A stretch of DNA of 44,637 bases from an uncultured Candidatus Saccharibacteria bacterium. Lineage in GTDB: Bacteria; Patescibacteriota; CALEFQ01. Below, in pieces: positions 36,180 through 44,637 of this stretch. Each line of letters opens with the position of its first letter. Position 1 is the stretch's first letter. The DNA is taken from positions 1 through 44,637 of the forward strand of contig CAZLGC010000003.1 of assembly GCA_964559275.1 (NCBI GenBank). The letters run 5' to 3'. The position numbers and the translations under genes were made by a program. Below the pieces are notes generated by a model that searched no databases, was not told where the DNA came from, and saw only the letters and a list, made by a program, of their open reading frames with translations.

Positions 36180-37955
36180 CTAAAATAGCTTCAGTTCACG
36201 GTCATTAACATTGGTGACAAGTTTGTCGGCAAATTCTTTGGCAGCAAATTGTCGTTGTTCCTTAAGATCACGAGTGCGAACGGTCAAATTGCCGGAATCC
36301 TTTTCCTTGTCGCCGACCACCAGCATGTAGGGATACTTTTTCTTTTCGGCAGTACGAATTTTTTTACCGACACTTTCATTGGATTCGTCTACGTCTATTC
36401 GTATCTGCAAATTCTTTTCCCAGCCAGCGGCAGCCAGCTGCTCTTGGATTTTCCGAGCGTACTCATTGAATTTTTCCGAGACGGGAATGATTATAGCGTG
36501 CTTGGGCGAAATCCAGAGCGGGAACTTGCCGGCAAAGTTTTCTATCAGGAATCCGATGAAACGCTCGTCTGATCCGAGCGGCGCTCGGTGCTGAACGATA
36601 ACCAGTTTATCCTGGCCATCTTTGTCTTTGTAAGTCAGGTTGAAGCGCTCCGGCATGTAGAGATCAATCTGATTGGTGGAGATTCCGTATTCGGTACCAA
36701 TCACTGACTTAATCTTGAAATCCATCTTGGGGCCGTAGTGTGCCGCTCCCTCGTGAACAACCTCATAGTCAATTTTGGCCTTCTTCATGGCGGCAATGGA
36801 AAGCTCTTCCGATTTCTTCCACATCTCCTCTTTGCCGTGGTATTTGTCCTTCTTTTTTGGATCCCGCAGCTCCAGGACAATCCGGTAGTTCTTGAGTCCG
36901 AGCTTATCGTAGTAGTACCGGTGCAGGTCAATTATTTCCACAAAAATATCAATTGCTTGTTCCTCGGTGCAATAAATGTGGGCGTCATTTTGGGTGAATT
37001 CTCGCGGTCGCAGGATTCCGTTAAGGGCACCAGCCTGTTCGTAACGAGCAACAGTGCCATATTCAGCCATGCGTAAGGGCAAATCCTTATAACTTCTGAT
37101 TTTGGATTTGTAAATCAGGTGATTGAATGGACAATTCATTGGTTTGACGAAGTATTCCTCTTTATCATCTCCTGGCACCTGGACGCGGTACATCTCGTCT
37201 TCGAAGTAGGGGACATGTCCGGAGATTTCGAACAATTTGCGCTTGGTCATAAACGGGGTGGAGACGCGTTCATAACCCCATTTAGCTTCTGTCTCCTTGC
37301 CCCAGCGCTCCAGCTCTTCTTTCATAGCGGCGCCATTTGGCAGCCACAGCGGCAGGCCGGCGCCGACGTCATCAGAGAACATGAATATTTCGAGTTCCCT
37401 GCCGAGCTTGCGATGATCGCGCTGTTTGCTTTCCTCGCGCATCTTCAGGTATTCATCAAGGCCTCTTTGGTCAGCGAAAGCCAGGCCGTAGACGCGCTGC
37501 AGCATCTTGTTTTTCTCGTTACCACGCCAGTAAGCGCCAGCGATACGATCCAGTTTAAAAACTTTCATCTCGCCGGTAGATTCCAGGTGGGGGCCACGGC
37601 AGAGATCAACAAAGTCGCCGCTGCGGTAGATGGAGACTTCTTCTCCGTCGTCCATTTCTTCCAGAAGTTCAACTTTGTAATCCTGGCCGGCTTTTTTGAA
37701 AAGTTCAATGGCGTCAGTTTTCGGAATCACTTCTTTTTCGAACGGCAAGTTAGCTTTGACAATATCGTTCATTTCTTTTTCGATGTTGTCCAGATCCTCC
37801 GGGATCAGGGTGCGGGGGAGTTCAATGTCATAGTAAAAACCATCGGCAATGGCCGGACCGATGCCAAACTTGGCGTCCGGAAAAAGTTTGTAAACGGCAG
37901 CAGCCATAATGTGGGCGCCGGAATGGCGCATGATTTCTAGTTGTTCGTCTTTCAT
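36180..37955 (-). CDS. thrS: Threonine--tRNA ligase lacking the N-terminal TGS domain
   Basis: The protein begins at the editing domain (RHSGAHIMAAA, CRGPH). Class II catalytic and anticodon-binding domains follow. It aligns from about residue 64 of E. coli ThrRS. Confidence 0.95.
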   Translation of the reverse strand: MKDEQLEIMRHSGAHIMAAAVYKLFPDAKFGIGPAIADGFYYDIELPRTLIPEDLDNIEKEMNDIVKANLPFEKEVIPKTDAIELFKKAGQDYKVELLEEMDDGEEVSIYRSGDFVDLCRGPHLESTGEMKVFKLDRIAGAYWRGNEKNKMLQRVYGLAFADQRGLDEYLKMREESKQRDHRKLGRELEIFMFSDDVGAGLPLWLPNGAAMKEELERWGKETEAKWGYERVSTPFMTKRKLFEISGHVPYFEDEMYRVQVPGDDKEEYFVKPMNCPFNHLIYKSKIRSYKDLPLRMAEYGTVARYEQAGALNGILRPREFTQNDAHIYCTEEQAIDIFVEIIDLHRYYYDKLGLKNYRIVLELRDPKKKDKYHGKEEMWKKSEELSIAAMKKAKIDYEVVHEGAAHYGPKMDFKIKSVIGTEYGISTNQIDLYMPERFNLTYKDKDGQDKLVIVQHRAPLGSDERFIGFLIENFAGKFPLWISPKHAIIIPVSEKFNEYARKIQEQLAAAGWEKNLQIRIDVDESNESVGKKIRTAEKKKYPYMLVVGDKEKDSGNLTVRTRDLKEQRQFAAKEFADKLVTNVNDRELKLF

Positions 37956-37973
37956 GAAGATAAATTAAGTTTG

Positions 37974-38171
37974 AAAAAAGCCTTTTCACTAAAAGCTGGG
38001 GGTGAGCTTGGAGTGAAAAAGCTTGTTTCACGGTTCCATCCAAAATGTACTTACTTTCCCGCTAACACGCGGGTAGTGCCTGATTTCCACCTTTTGTAAA
38101 CTCAGGGCTGATCAGGAGGCTTCCTGGGGACCAGGAGGGCAATTGGTATTTGCCACGACCTTGATAATTGT
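37974..38171 (-). promoter_or_regulatory. T-box riboswitch leader of thrS
   Basis: On the minus strand, UUGGA-[UGGAACC]-GUGAAA-caagcuu-UUUCAC-UCCAA (38008..38043) is a canonical antiterminator with helix A1, a 7-nt bulge and helix A2. GGAUGGAACCGUG matches the T-box consensus GGGUGGNACCGCG at all but two positions. A mutually exclusive terminator (GCUUUUUCAC...GUGAAAAGGC plus UUUUUU, 37974..38024) overlaps it. Thr codons ACU/ACC occur in ggcACUACCcgcg, just 3' of a CCUGAU/AUCAGG stem. Confidence 0.65.
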
Positions 38172-38177
38172 AGTGAA

Positions 38178-38205
38178 ATTATAGCAGTAAACACCAGAAA
38201 GTCAA
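38178..38205 (-). promoter_or_regulatory. Sigma70-like promoter of the thrS leader
   Basis: On the minus strand, TTGACT is separated by 16 nt from TATAAT. Confidence 0.5.
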
Positions 38206-38229
38206 ATATCTCTAAAACAGCAAGGAATG

Positions 38230-39366
38230 CTAGTTTTTGACTTCCAGTTCAATTCGCTTTTCGTCGGAGGGGACTGTTTTCAGCCAGGCCGGGGAAAAGC
38301 TAACCTCGATTTCACCGACATCCTGTTCCCGTTCCAGGTAATCCTTGATTTCTGTCTCCGTGCGGCCAACCAGTTTGCTTTTATCGAAAACATCGGCGCT
38401 GACCTTGGAAATGGTATCCGCTTCTAGGTGGGTTATCAGGGTGGCAGTCTTTTTGTCGAGGTCATATACCTCCAGACTGTAGGAAAGGCGGTCCGGGCTC
38501 AGGTTTTGAATTTCCAAATCTTCAGGAATTGATTCCCTTAGTCTCTCCTCGGCCAGGTGATAAAGGCTGTCTTCGTCAAAGACGACGGCGGTCAACCGAA
38601 TTTCGGCATTGACACTGAATTCTGATTCGTATGATTCGGGCTCGACGCTGACATTTTCGGAGAGGATATCTATCTTGATAGCATCGTCTAAAACCTTCTC
38701 ACCGCTGTTCACCTGCTGTTGCAGTTTTCTTTTACCTTCTTCTTTAAGAGCGTTGAGAGCCTGTTCCTTGCCACGGTTAATTGTATCTTCCGAAATGAAA
38801 TCAGTTTCGCCAAAACCGCCGGTCATCGGCTCACTGCTGCTGGCGTATATTTTGCCTTGCCATTCCTGCCATAGTCCCGGCAAAGTGAAGCGAGTCGGTT
38901 CAATTTCACCGGCTGGCCCAGGTTCATCCGCATAGACCTCAACCTCAACCGTGCTGTGAGCCTTGGCGTTGACGCGATCCTTGGTTCGAAACAAGACACC
39001 GTTTTCCGCCAGCAATCTCGTGGTTGAAACCAATGGTTGGTCGTGATCCAGCTCATTGTGGATTACTACCTTGCCTGTGGCCGGTTTTTCCGCTTCGGTT
39101 CTGTCTACTTCGGTTATTGTCTCGTTGCCGCGTACTACCGTAGTAAGTACGCGCCCGGGGATTTTGTTTGAGCTATCCTCATCGCTGCGAACAATCTCGG
39201 CGTTAAAATCGACAGATTTGGTTTCGTATTTGGGATTGACCGCAATGGTAACTTTGCCGACTGACAAGAAGACGATGAAAATTATAACCACTATAATCAC
39301 CGCCATTATGATTAGGAATGGCTTACGGTACGAAGGTCGGCGTTGACGGAGGTGGGTATTGTACAT
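38230..39366 (-). CDS. Hypothetical N-terminally membrane-anchored protein (378 aa)
   Basis: It has a single TM helix (FLIIMAVIIVVIIFIVFL) followed by a beta-rich-looking extracytoplasmic region. I recognise no family motif. Confidence 0.55.
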   Translation of the reverse strand: MYNTHLRQRRPSYRKPFLIIMAVIIVVIIFIVFLSVGKVTIAVNPKYETKSVDFNAEIVRSDEDSSNKIPGRVLTTVVRGNETITEVDRTEAEKPATGKVVIHNELDHDQPLVSTTRLLAENGVLFRTKDRVNAKAHSTVEVEVYADEPGPAGEIEPTRFTLPGLWQEWQGKIYASSSEPMTGGFGETDFISEDTINRGKEQALNALKEEGKRKLQQQVNSGEKVLDDAIKIDILSENVSVEPESYESEFSVNAEIRLTAVVFDEDSLYHLAEERLRESIPEDLEIQNLSPDRLSYSLEVYDLDKKTATLITHLEADTISKVSADVFDKSKLVGRTETEIKDYLEREQDVGEIEVSFSPAWLKTVPSDEKRIELEVKN

Positions 39367-39378
39367 CAGTTTGGTTGA

Positions 39379-40527
39379 CTATTTACTAGCGGTTATTTCC
39401 GAGAAAGGAATGTAGCGACGGTTATTGTCGCGATTGTTCTCATCTCGGCTACCAACGGCCATTCCGGTATAAGGTTCGGTTTCGCGCTGCCGTCTCTTGC
39501 CCAGCTTCTTGGCTAGATATGAGGCGTCATCGGCTCGAAAGTGAGCGCACTGCCAACTTTTCTCTGTTTTATCAGTATCCTCGGGTACGATTTCCGAAAT
39601 CCCGATGGCGACTTCCAGAGTAACGGTTTCCTTGCTGCCGTCTTCGTGGACGAGTTCTACGGTATAATCGGACATTTCCTCTATCATTTTCTGAAGGTTA
39701 GCCATAATTTTTTCCAATGATGAAGAACGAGCTATGACGGCAAATTCATCGCCGCCCAGTCTGCCGATGATATCGGATTCACGCTTGAAATATTTTCTGA
39801 ACATTTTGGCAGCGTGCCGAATAAATTTATCACCTTCCATATGTCCACCGGGAGTCTTGTCGTTAACCTGTTTTAGTCCGTTAATGTCCATACAGATAGC
39901 AAAAGATCGACGGCGGGTCTCGGGGATGTCTTTTAGTCGTTCTGAGTTCTCGGCTTTCCAGCGAGCGATGTTTTTGGCGCGTTTGATCTCATGATCAAAG
40001 TTATCGAGGTAAACGTGGCGCCGGTAAATTCGCTCCGTCACACACATCGGATCGTAAGGAGCTTTTTCGAAGAATTCCTCCTCGTTGATATCGCGGTGAC
40101 ATTCTAGGTAGTCGCTGAGTCCACGTTCTTCGACTTCGTCAAGTGCGCCTATCAGTTCCTGATTGGCAGGATAGTCACGCAGATGTCGCCAGGCCAGAAC
40201 TTTAGTTTTACGGCCGGTAAGTTCAGCTACCAATTTTTCGGCAGTGTCGCCATAATCGCTGGGCCGAAAGCGCAGGGCAAACCACATGTCTATCTTGTGG
40301 AGCAGTTTCTCAGCTGGGGTGGCTTCTTCATCTTCCTTTCCCTCTGCACTCTTTTTCTGCTGAATGTGTTCAAGAAGGTTTTCTTTGATCTGGGCGGCTT
40401 CCTCTTGCAGGTCGGCAATTCTTTTATCCACTTCAAGTACAGATTCCTCTTCTAGTTCTTCTGTCGGTTCAGTCTGCTCCGTTTCAGGCAGGTTGCCGCC
40501 AGGCTCTCTTGATTCTGGGTTCATCAT
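39379..40527 (-). CDS. Diguanylate cyclase (GGDEF domain) with acidic helical N-terminal region
   Basis: The C-terminal domain reads FAICMDINGLKQVNDKTPGGHMEGDKFI...RESDIIGRLGGDEFAV. The GGDEF active site is intact. An RxxD I-site (RESD) lies five residues upstream of it. Confidence 0.85.
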   Translation of the reverse strand: MMNPESREPGGNLPETEQTEPTEELEEESVLEVDKRIADLQEEAAQIKENLLEHIQQKKSAEGKEDEEATPAEKLLHKIDMWFALRFRPSDYGDTAEKLVAELTGRKTKVLAWRHLRDYPANQELIGALDEVEERGLSDYLECHRDINEEEFFEKAPYDPMCVTERIYRRHVYLDNFDHEIKRAKNIARWKAENSERLKDIPETRRRSFAICMDINGLKQVNDKTPGGHMEGDKFIRHAAKMFRKYFKRESDIIGRLGGDEFAVIARSSSLEKIMANLQKMIEEMSDYTVELVHEDGSKETVTLEVAIGISEIVPEDTDKTEKSWQCAHFRADDASYLAKKLGKRRQRETEPYTGMAVGSRDENNRDNNRRYIPFSEITASK

Positions 40528-40740
40528 TTATTTATCCTCCTGCAGCCAGCCCAGGGCGTTCTGGGCTAACTCGTTAGTTACCTTTGATTTCGTCTTAGTC
40601 TGCGATTCCAGATATGTCCTGAGATCTTTTTCGTTGTCTGTCAGGGCCACTAAGCTGTCTAAGACTTTGAGGCGGACCTGGTTTTCAATTTCTTCATTGG
40701 TTACGACGCTGTCAATGATTGTTTTCAAATGTTCATTCAT
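40528..40740 (-). CDS. Small helical hypothetical protein (70 aa)
   Basis: I place the start at the ATG at 40740 (MNEHLKT...), 4 nt after the dnaE stop. Its TAA stop abuts the GGDEF start codon. The longer track ORF would overlap dnaE. Confidence 0.4.
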   Translation of the reverse strand: MNEHLKTIIDSVVTNEEIENQVRLKVLDSLVALTDNEKDLRTYLESQTKTKSKVTNELAQNALGWLQEDK

Positions 40741-40744
40741 ATGT

Positions 40745-43700
40745 TTATTTACTGATGCTGCCCGGACCCAAGACTTTTTCCAGCTTGGTTCTGAGCACGT
40801 CATCTTTTTTTACTAAAAATTCAGTTTCTAGTTTTTGGAAACGATTCCCTGATTTTGGAAGAAGCAACGCCACGCGATGTAGGCCACGGTCCGCTTCGGA
40901 AAGAGCCTGTTTTACCTGATTAAATGTATCCGGAGTGCTGTTGTTAGGGACTTTTATGAAAAGGTAATCCTTGTTGTCGGTTGTGGTGGCTTTGTTACTT
41001 TTGTCATTACTCCGCTGGGCCAGACCTATATTGTTCAATCTTTGTACATCTATATCATTAGTCAAAGGCTGGGCTGAATCAGCCAGAACTTTTAATTCTT
41101 CGTCTCGGTTGTCGACCTTGCCAGTCAATAGAATCGGTTGGTCTTCCTGCCAGAGTGAGACAGTGGAGCTGAAAAGAGCCGGAAAGACGACAACCTCCAT
41201 TGCTTTAGCCTCATCTTCGATGCGAACGAAAGCCATCGGTTTATTTTTCTTGGTGGTGATGCGCCTGACGTCGCTGATAATTGCGCCCACCCGGACTTTT
41301 TTACCGACATGGGACGGCTGAAGCTCATTTATCCGGAAGGCACACTTATCTAAAAAATCTCGATACTCTGAGAGCGGGTGCTCGGAAACATACAACCCCA
41401 GCAGCTCTTTTTCCCAGGTTAGAAGTTCCTTCTTCTCGGCCGGCGGTACCTCGGCCAGCTTCAGGCGCGGGCAGCTAAGTTCGTCGCCGCCAAACAGATC
41501 CTCTTGTCCGGTAGCCGTAGCTTGATATTGGCATTTGCCGAAGTTGAGCAGAGTTTCAACGTTAGCTAGTAGTTGTTTGCGCTCGCCCAGTTCGTCCATA
41601 GCACCTGATTTGATCAGGCTTTCTAGTGACTTGCGGTTCATGGCGGGGGAGTAAGCGCGTTTAATGAAATCTTCGATGCTGACAAATTTTTTCTGTTTGC
41701 GAGCTTTGATAACATCGCGAATGACATTGCTACCTAGATTTTTTATTGCGCCCAGGCCGAAGCGGATGGTTTTTGATGTTGCCAGGTTCTCGCCTTCGCC
41801 GGCGACAACGGTGAATATTTTCAGGCTTTCATTCACAGACGGTGGCAGAACAGTTATTCCCATCCGTTCACACTCGCTGACTTCCAGGACAACACGGTCA
41901 GTATTGCCAAGATCCGAAGTCAGTAAGGCGGCCATGAATTCAGTGGGATGGTGCGCCTTGAGGTAGCCGGTCTGGTAAGAAACCAGGGCGTAGGCGGCCG
42001 CATGCGCCTTGTTGAAACCGTAACCGGCAAAGGGCTCCATTAGCTTGAAAAGCCGAGTAGCATCTTCCTTAGAAAGGCCGTTTTCAACAGCGCCATTTAT
42101 AAATTTATCATGTTGCTCAGCCATCAGTTCCGGTATCTTTTTTCCCATGGCTTTACGGAATTTGTCGGCAGTTTCCCAGTTATAGCCGCCGAGCTCAATG
42201 GCTATAAGAAGTACGTCGTCCTGGTATGTAATAACGCCATGTGATTTGCTCAGAATTGGCGCCATTCGCCGGTCAATCAAGGTAATCTTGTTGGGATTAT
42301 TCTTATTCTCAATATAATTCTGAATATGTTCCATCGGTCCCGGGCGGTACAGGGCCAGCATTGCCGCAATGTCAAAGATCTTTTCCGGTTTCAGCTGCTT
42401 CAGATTCTTGCGCATACCGGCGGATTCAACCTGGAATAGTCCTAGCGTATCGCCGCGGCTAAAAAGATTATAAGTGGGCTTATCATCCAGTGGCAGTTTT
42501 TTCATATCAATATTGGTTTCCTTGGTAAACTTCAGAATTTCCACCGAGCGCTGAATAGTGCTCAGGTTGGAAAGTCCGAGAAAGTCCATCTTAACCAAAC
42601 CAAGGTCTTCCAGGTCTGTCATTTCGTATTGGGTCAGAATCATTTCACTTTGGGTATCATATTGGATCGGAACGTATTCAGTCATCGGGCGGGGAGTGAT
42701 AACTACTCCGGCGGCATGAACAGAGGCATGGCGGGCAATACCCTCAAGTTTGGTGGCGAGGTCAATCATTCGCTTAACCGCCGGATCGCCATCATAGGCC
42801 TGCTTAAACTCGGCTACCTCCTTCATTGTGTCCGCCAAAGTTGCTTTCGGTCCCTCGGGAACGAGCTTGGCGATTTTGTCGACGAAATCGTAAGGATATC
42901 CGAGGACGCGTCCGACGTCACGAATTGCCGCTTTCGCCTTCATTTTTCCGAAGGTTACGATCTGAGCGACATTGTCCTGACCGTATTTATTAATAGCGTA
43001 CTTGATTACCTTGTCTCTTTCGACGTCAGCAATATCCAGATCTATATCAGGCGGTTTAGGTCGCAGTGGATTGAGGAAGCGCTCAAATGGCAGTTCGAAA
43101 AAGAGGGGATTGGCGGTAGTGATTCCCAGGGCATAGGAAACGAAACTACCAGCCGCTGAGCCACGCGTTGTCGTGGGTATATTTTCCTTATGCATAAAAT
43201 CGGTAAAGTCCTGTACCATCAAAAAATAAGGTTCCAGTTTCTTTTCCGCGATGACTTTGAGTTCATAATCGAGACGCCGCTTTTCTTCTTCATTAGGTTC
43301 CCTTGACAGTCGCTGCTTGATTCCGGCATAGGCTTTTTTTCTCAGGTGAGAGGTGTTGGTCTCGTTTTCCGGAACGAGGATTTCAGGCAAGATCAGTTTT
43401 GACTGTTCAATTTCGGCATTGCACATCTCGGCAACCTTGAGAGTATTGGTAAGAGCCTCGGGGACAGAGGCAAATTGTTTACTCATTTCTTCCGGTGTCC
43501 GGAAAGAGAAATCCTCTCCGATCATCTTTAAGCCGCGTTTCTCGTCATCCAGGGTGTGTTTCGTCTGAATGCAAAGTAGAGCGTCGTGGGCCTCGGCGTC
43601 ATCTTTGTTAAGGTAATGAATGTCATTGGTAGCGACTATATCCACCCCTAGTTTTTTCCCTAGCTCAACTAAGTTGCGATTAGCGGTTTCCTGGCGCTCA

Positions 43701-44242
43701 ATACTGGGGTGATGCTGCAGCTCGAAAAACAGGTTTTCGGTACCGAATATTTCTAGGTACTTGCGGGCAGCTGTTTCCGCTTGTTTCATCTTATTAAGGG
43801 CGGCGTAGTAAGTTACCTCTCCTTTGAGGCAGGAAGTTAGTGCCACTAAACCGTTGGCATGTTCGCGCAGAAAATCTATGTCGACTCTCGGTTTATAGTA
43901 AAATCCCTGCGTATGGGCAGCGGAAGTTATCTTGATGAGATTCTTGTAGCCCTGGTTGTTCTTAGCTAACAGGACCAGGTGGTAAGGTCGGCGATCTTCT
44001 TGACTTCCGCGCCGGGTCATTCCATTGGGGGCAATATATGTCTCTAGTCCGATGACCGGCTTGATTCCTGCTTCCTGAGCCAGCTGTTGGAATTTAAAAG
44101 CCCCGTAGAGCGAACCGTGGTCGGTCAGCGCTACCGCGGGCATTTTTAAGCTCTTGGCCTTGGCGACAATATCTTCCAGCCGAGTCAGGCCGTCCAGCAG
44201 AGAATATTCGGAATGGGTATGCAGGTGAACGAAATTGGACAT
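40745..44242 (-). CDS. dnaE: DNA polymerase III alpha subunit
   Basis: 1165 aa. The PHP domain shows FVHLHTHSEYSLLDG. The polymerase core shows PDIDLDI, GLVKMDFLGL and NKAHAAAYA. An OB-fold C-terminus follows. Confidence 0.95.
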   Translation of the reverse strand: MSNFVHLHTHSEYSLLDGLTRLEDIVAKAKSLKMPAVALTDHGSLYGAFKFQQLAQEAGIKPVIGLETYIAPNGMTRRGSQEDRRPYHLVLLAKNNQGYKNLIKITSAAHTQGFYYKPRVDIDFLREHANGLVALTSCLKGEVTYYAALNKMKQAETAARKYLEIFGTENLFFELQHHPSIERQETANRNLVELGKKLGVDIVATNDIHYLNKDDAEAHDALLCIQTKHTLDDEKRGLKMIGEDFSFRTPEEMSKQFASVPEALTNTLKVAEMCNAEIEQSKLILPEILVPENETNTSHLRKKAYAGIKQRLSREPNEEEKRRLDYELKVIAEKKLEPYFLMVQDFTDFMHKENIPTTTRGSAAGSFVSYALGITTANPLFFELPFERFLNPLRPKPPDIDLDIADVERDKVIKYAINKYGQDNVAQIVTFGKMKAKAAIRDVGRVLGYPYDFVDKIAKLVPEGPKATLADTMKEVAEFKQAYDGDPAVKRMIDLATKLEGIARHASVHAAGVVITPRPMTEYVPIQYDTQSEMILTQYEMTDLEDLGLVKMDFLGLSNLSTIQRSVEILKFTKETNIDMKKLPLDDKPTYNLFSRGDTLGLFQVESAGMRKNLKQLKPEKIFDIAAMLALYRPGPMEHIQNYIENKNNPNKITLIDRRMAPILSKSHGVITYQDDVLLIAIELGGYNWETADKFRKAMGKKIPELMAEQHDKFINGAVENGLSKEDATRLFKLMEPFAGYGFNKAHAAAYALVSYQTGYLKAHHPTEFMAALLTSDLGNTDRVVLEVSECERMGITVLPPSVNESLKIFTVVAGEGENLATSKTIRFGLGAIKNLGSNVIRDVIKARKQKKFVSIEDFIKRAYSPAMNRKSLESLIKSGAMDELGERKQLLANVETLLNFGKCQYQATATGQEDLFGGDELSCPRLKLAEVPPAEKKELLTWEKELLGLYVSEHPLSEYRDFLDKCAFRINELQPSHVGKKVRVGAIISDVRRITTKKNKPMAFVRIEDEAKAMEVVVFPALFSSTVSLWQEDQPILLTGKVDNRDEELKVLADSAQPLTNDIDVQRLNNIGLAQRSNDKSNKATTTDNKDYLFIKVPNNSTPDTFNQVKQALSEADRGLHRVALLLPKSGNRFQKLETEFLVKKDDVLRTKLEKVLGPGSISK

Positions 44243-44329
44243 ACTAAAATAGGAGAATTTCTTTATTTCGTCTTCTTATTCTAGCGGAAATGGGAAGTTA
44301 GAGCAAGAAATCTCAGGCCCATTTTTAAC

Positions 44330-44357
44330 AAAAAACCGCCCCCGTTGCGGAGGGCGG
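44330..44357 (-). terminator. Intrinsic terminator after the YtxH gene
   Basis: On the minus strand, ccgccctccgcaacgggggcgg is followed by tttttt. Confidence 0.65.
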
Positions 44358-44368
44358 CTTATCTCTGT

Positions 44369-44626
44369 TTAGCTCTTTTTGAATTCTTTTTCCGCGGCTT
44401 TGACGGCTTTTTCGGCTTTGTCTCGTAATTCAACGGCTTCATCTCGGACATCCTCGAATTTGTCTACGGCGAAATCTTTTGCTTCCAGAGCTTTCTTCTT
44501 TATAAATTCGCGGTTTTCCTTACCTGATTTCGGTGAGTATAGAAGCGCTACTGCTCCCCCGACAACTACACCGATTGCCAGCCCGGTCAGAAAAGAGCTA
44601 CCACAATCGCATGAATTATTGCTCAT
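44369..44626 (-). CDS. YtxH domain-containing protein
   Basis: 85 aa. GLAIGVVVGGAVALLYSPKSGKENRE is followed by a Lys/Glu-rich helix, which is the typical YtxH layout. Confidence 0.7.
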   Translation of the reverse strand: MSNNSCDCGSSFLTGLAIGVVVGGAVALLYSPKSGKENREFIKKKALEAKDFAVDKFEDVRDEAVELRDKAEKAVKAAEKEFKKS

Positions 44627-44637
44627 ATTTTTCTATT

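Overview
The window is a gene-dense, AT-leaning housekeeping backbone whose genes mostly lack Shine-Dalgarno (SD) motifs. I infer a reduced-genome, Patescibacteria/CPR-like bacterium, but this is not proven. Backbone genes: cdd, rmuC, alr, a UvrD-type helicase-nuclease, pheS-pheT, gyrB, secE-nusG-rplK-rplA, dcd, a thymidylate-synthase-like fusion, gatB, apt, mtnP, miaA-miaB, thrS with a T-box leader, a GGDEF cyclase, dnaE and a YtxH protein. Between alr and the helicase lies a GC-rich block of about 11 kb (about 3411..14760) with nine co-directional minus-strand genes, and it is the main candidate for a novel system. Eight of the nine have strong AGGAGG-type SD sites, and the block has its own promoter and terminators. 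It encodes two substrate-binding-protein (SBP)/OmpA-like fusions, a secreted vWA protein, a 2-TM helical protein, a PspA/IM30 (ESCRT-III superfamily) protein, a complete NitT/TauT-type ABC importer and a tandem-domain classic AAA+ ATPase. No mobility genes are present. I read it as a horizontally acquired or otherwise foreign envelope-remodelling/stress system. A second small GC-rich, SD-rich two-gene islet lies between pheT and gyrB. Other notable items are an MtrA-like/thymidylate-synthase-like fusion next to dcd, an A/C-rich repeat family with one copy in frame inside the helicase gene, and an orphan ORF that splits nusG from rplK. I saw no rRNA, tRNA, CRISPR array, integrase or transposase. 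All family calls come from motif recognition by eye and need HMM or BLAST confirmation.
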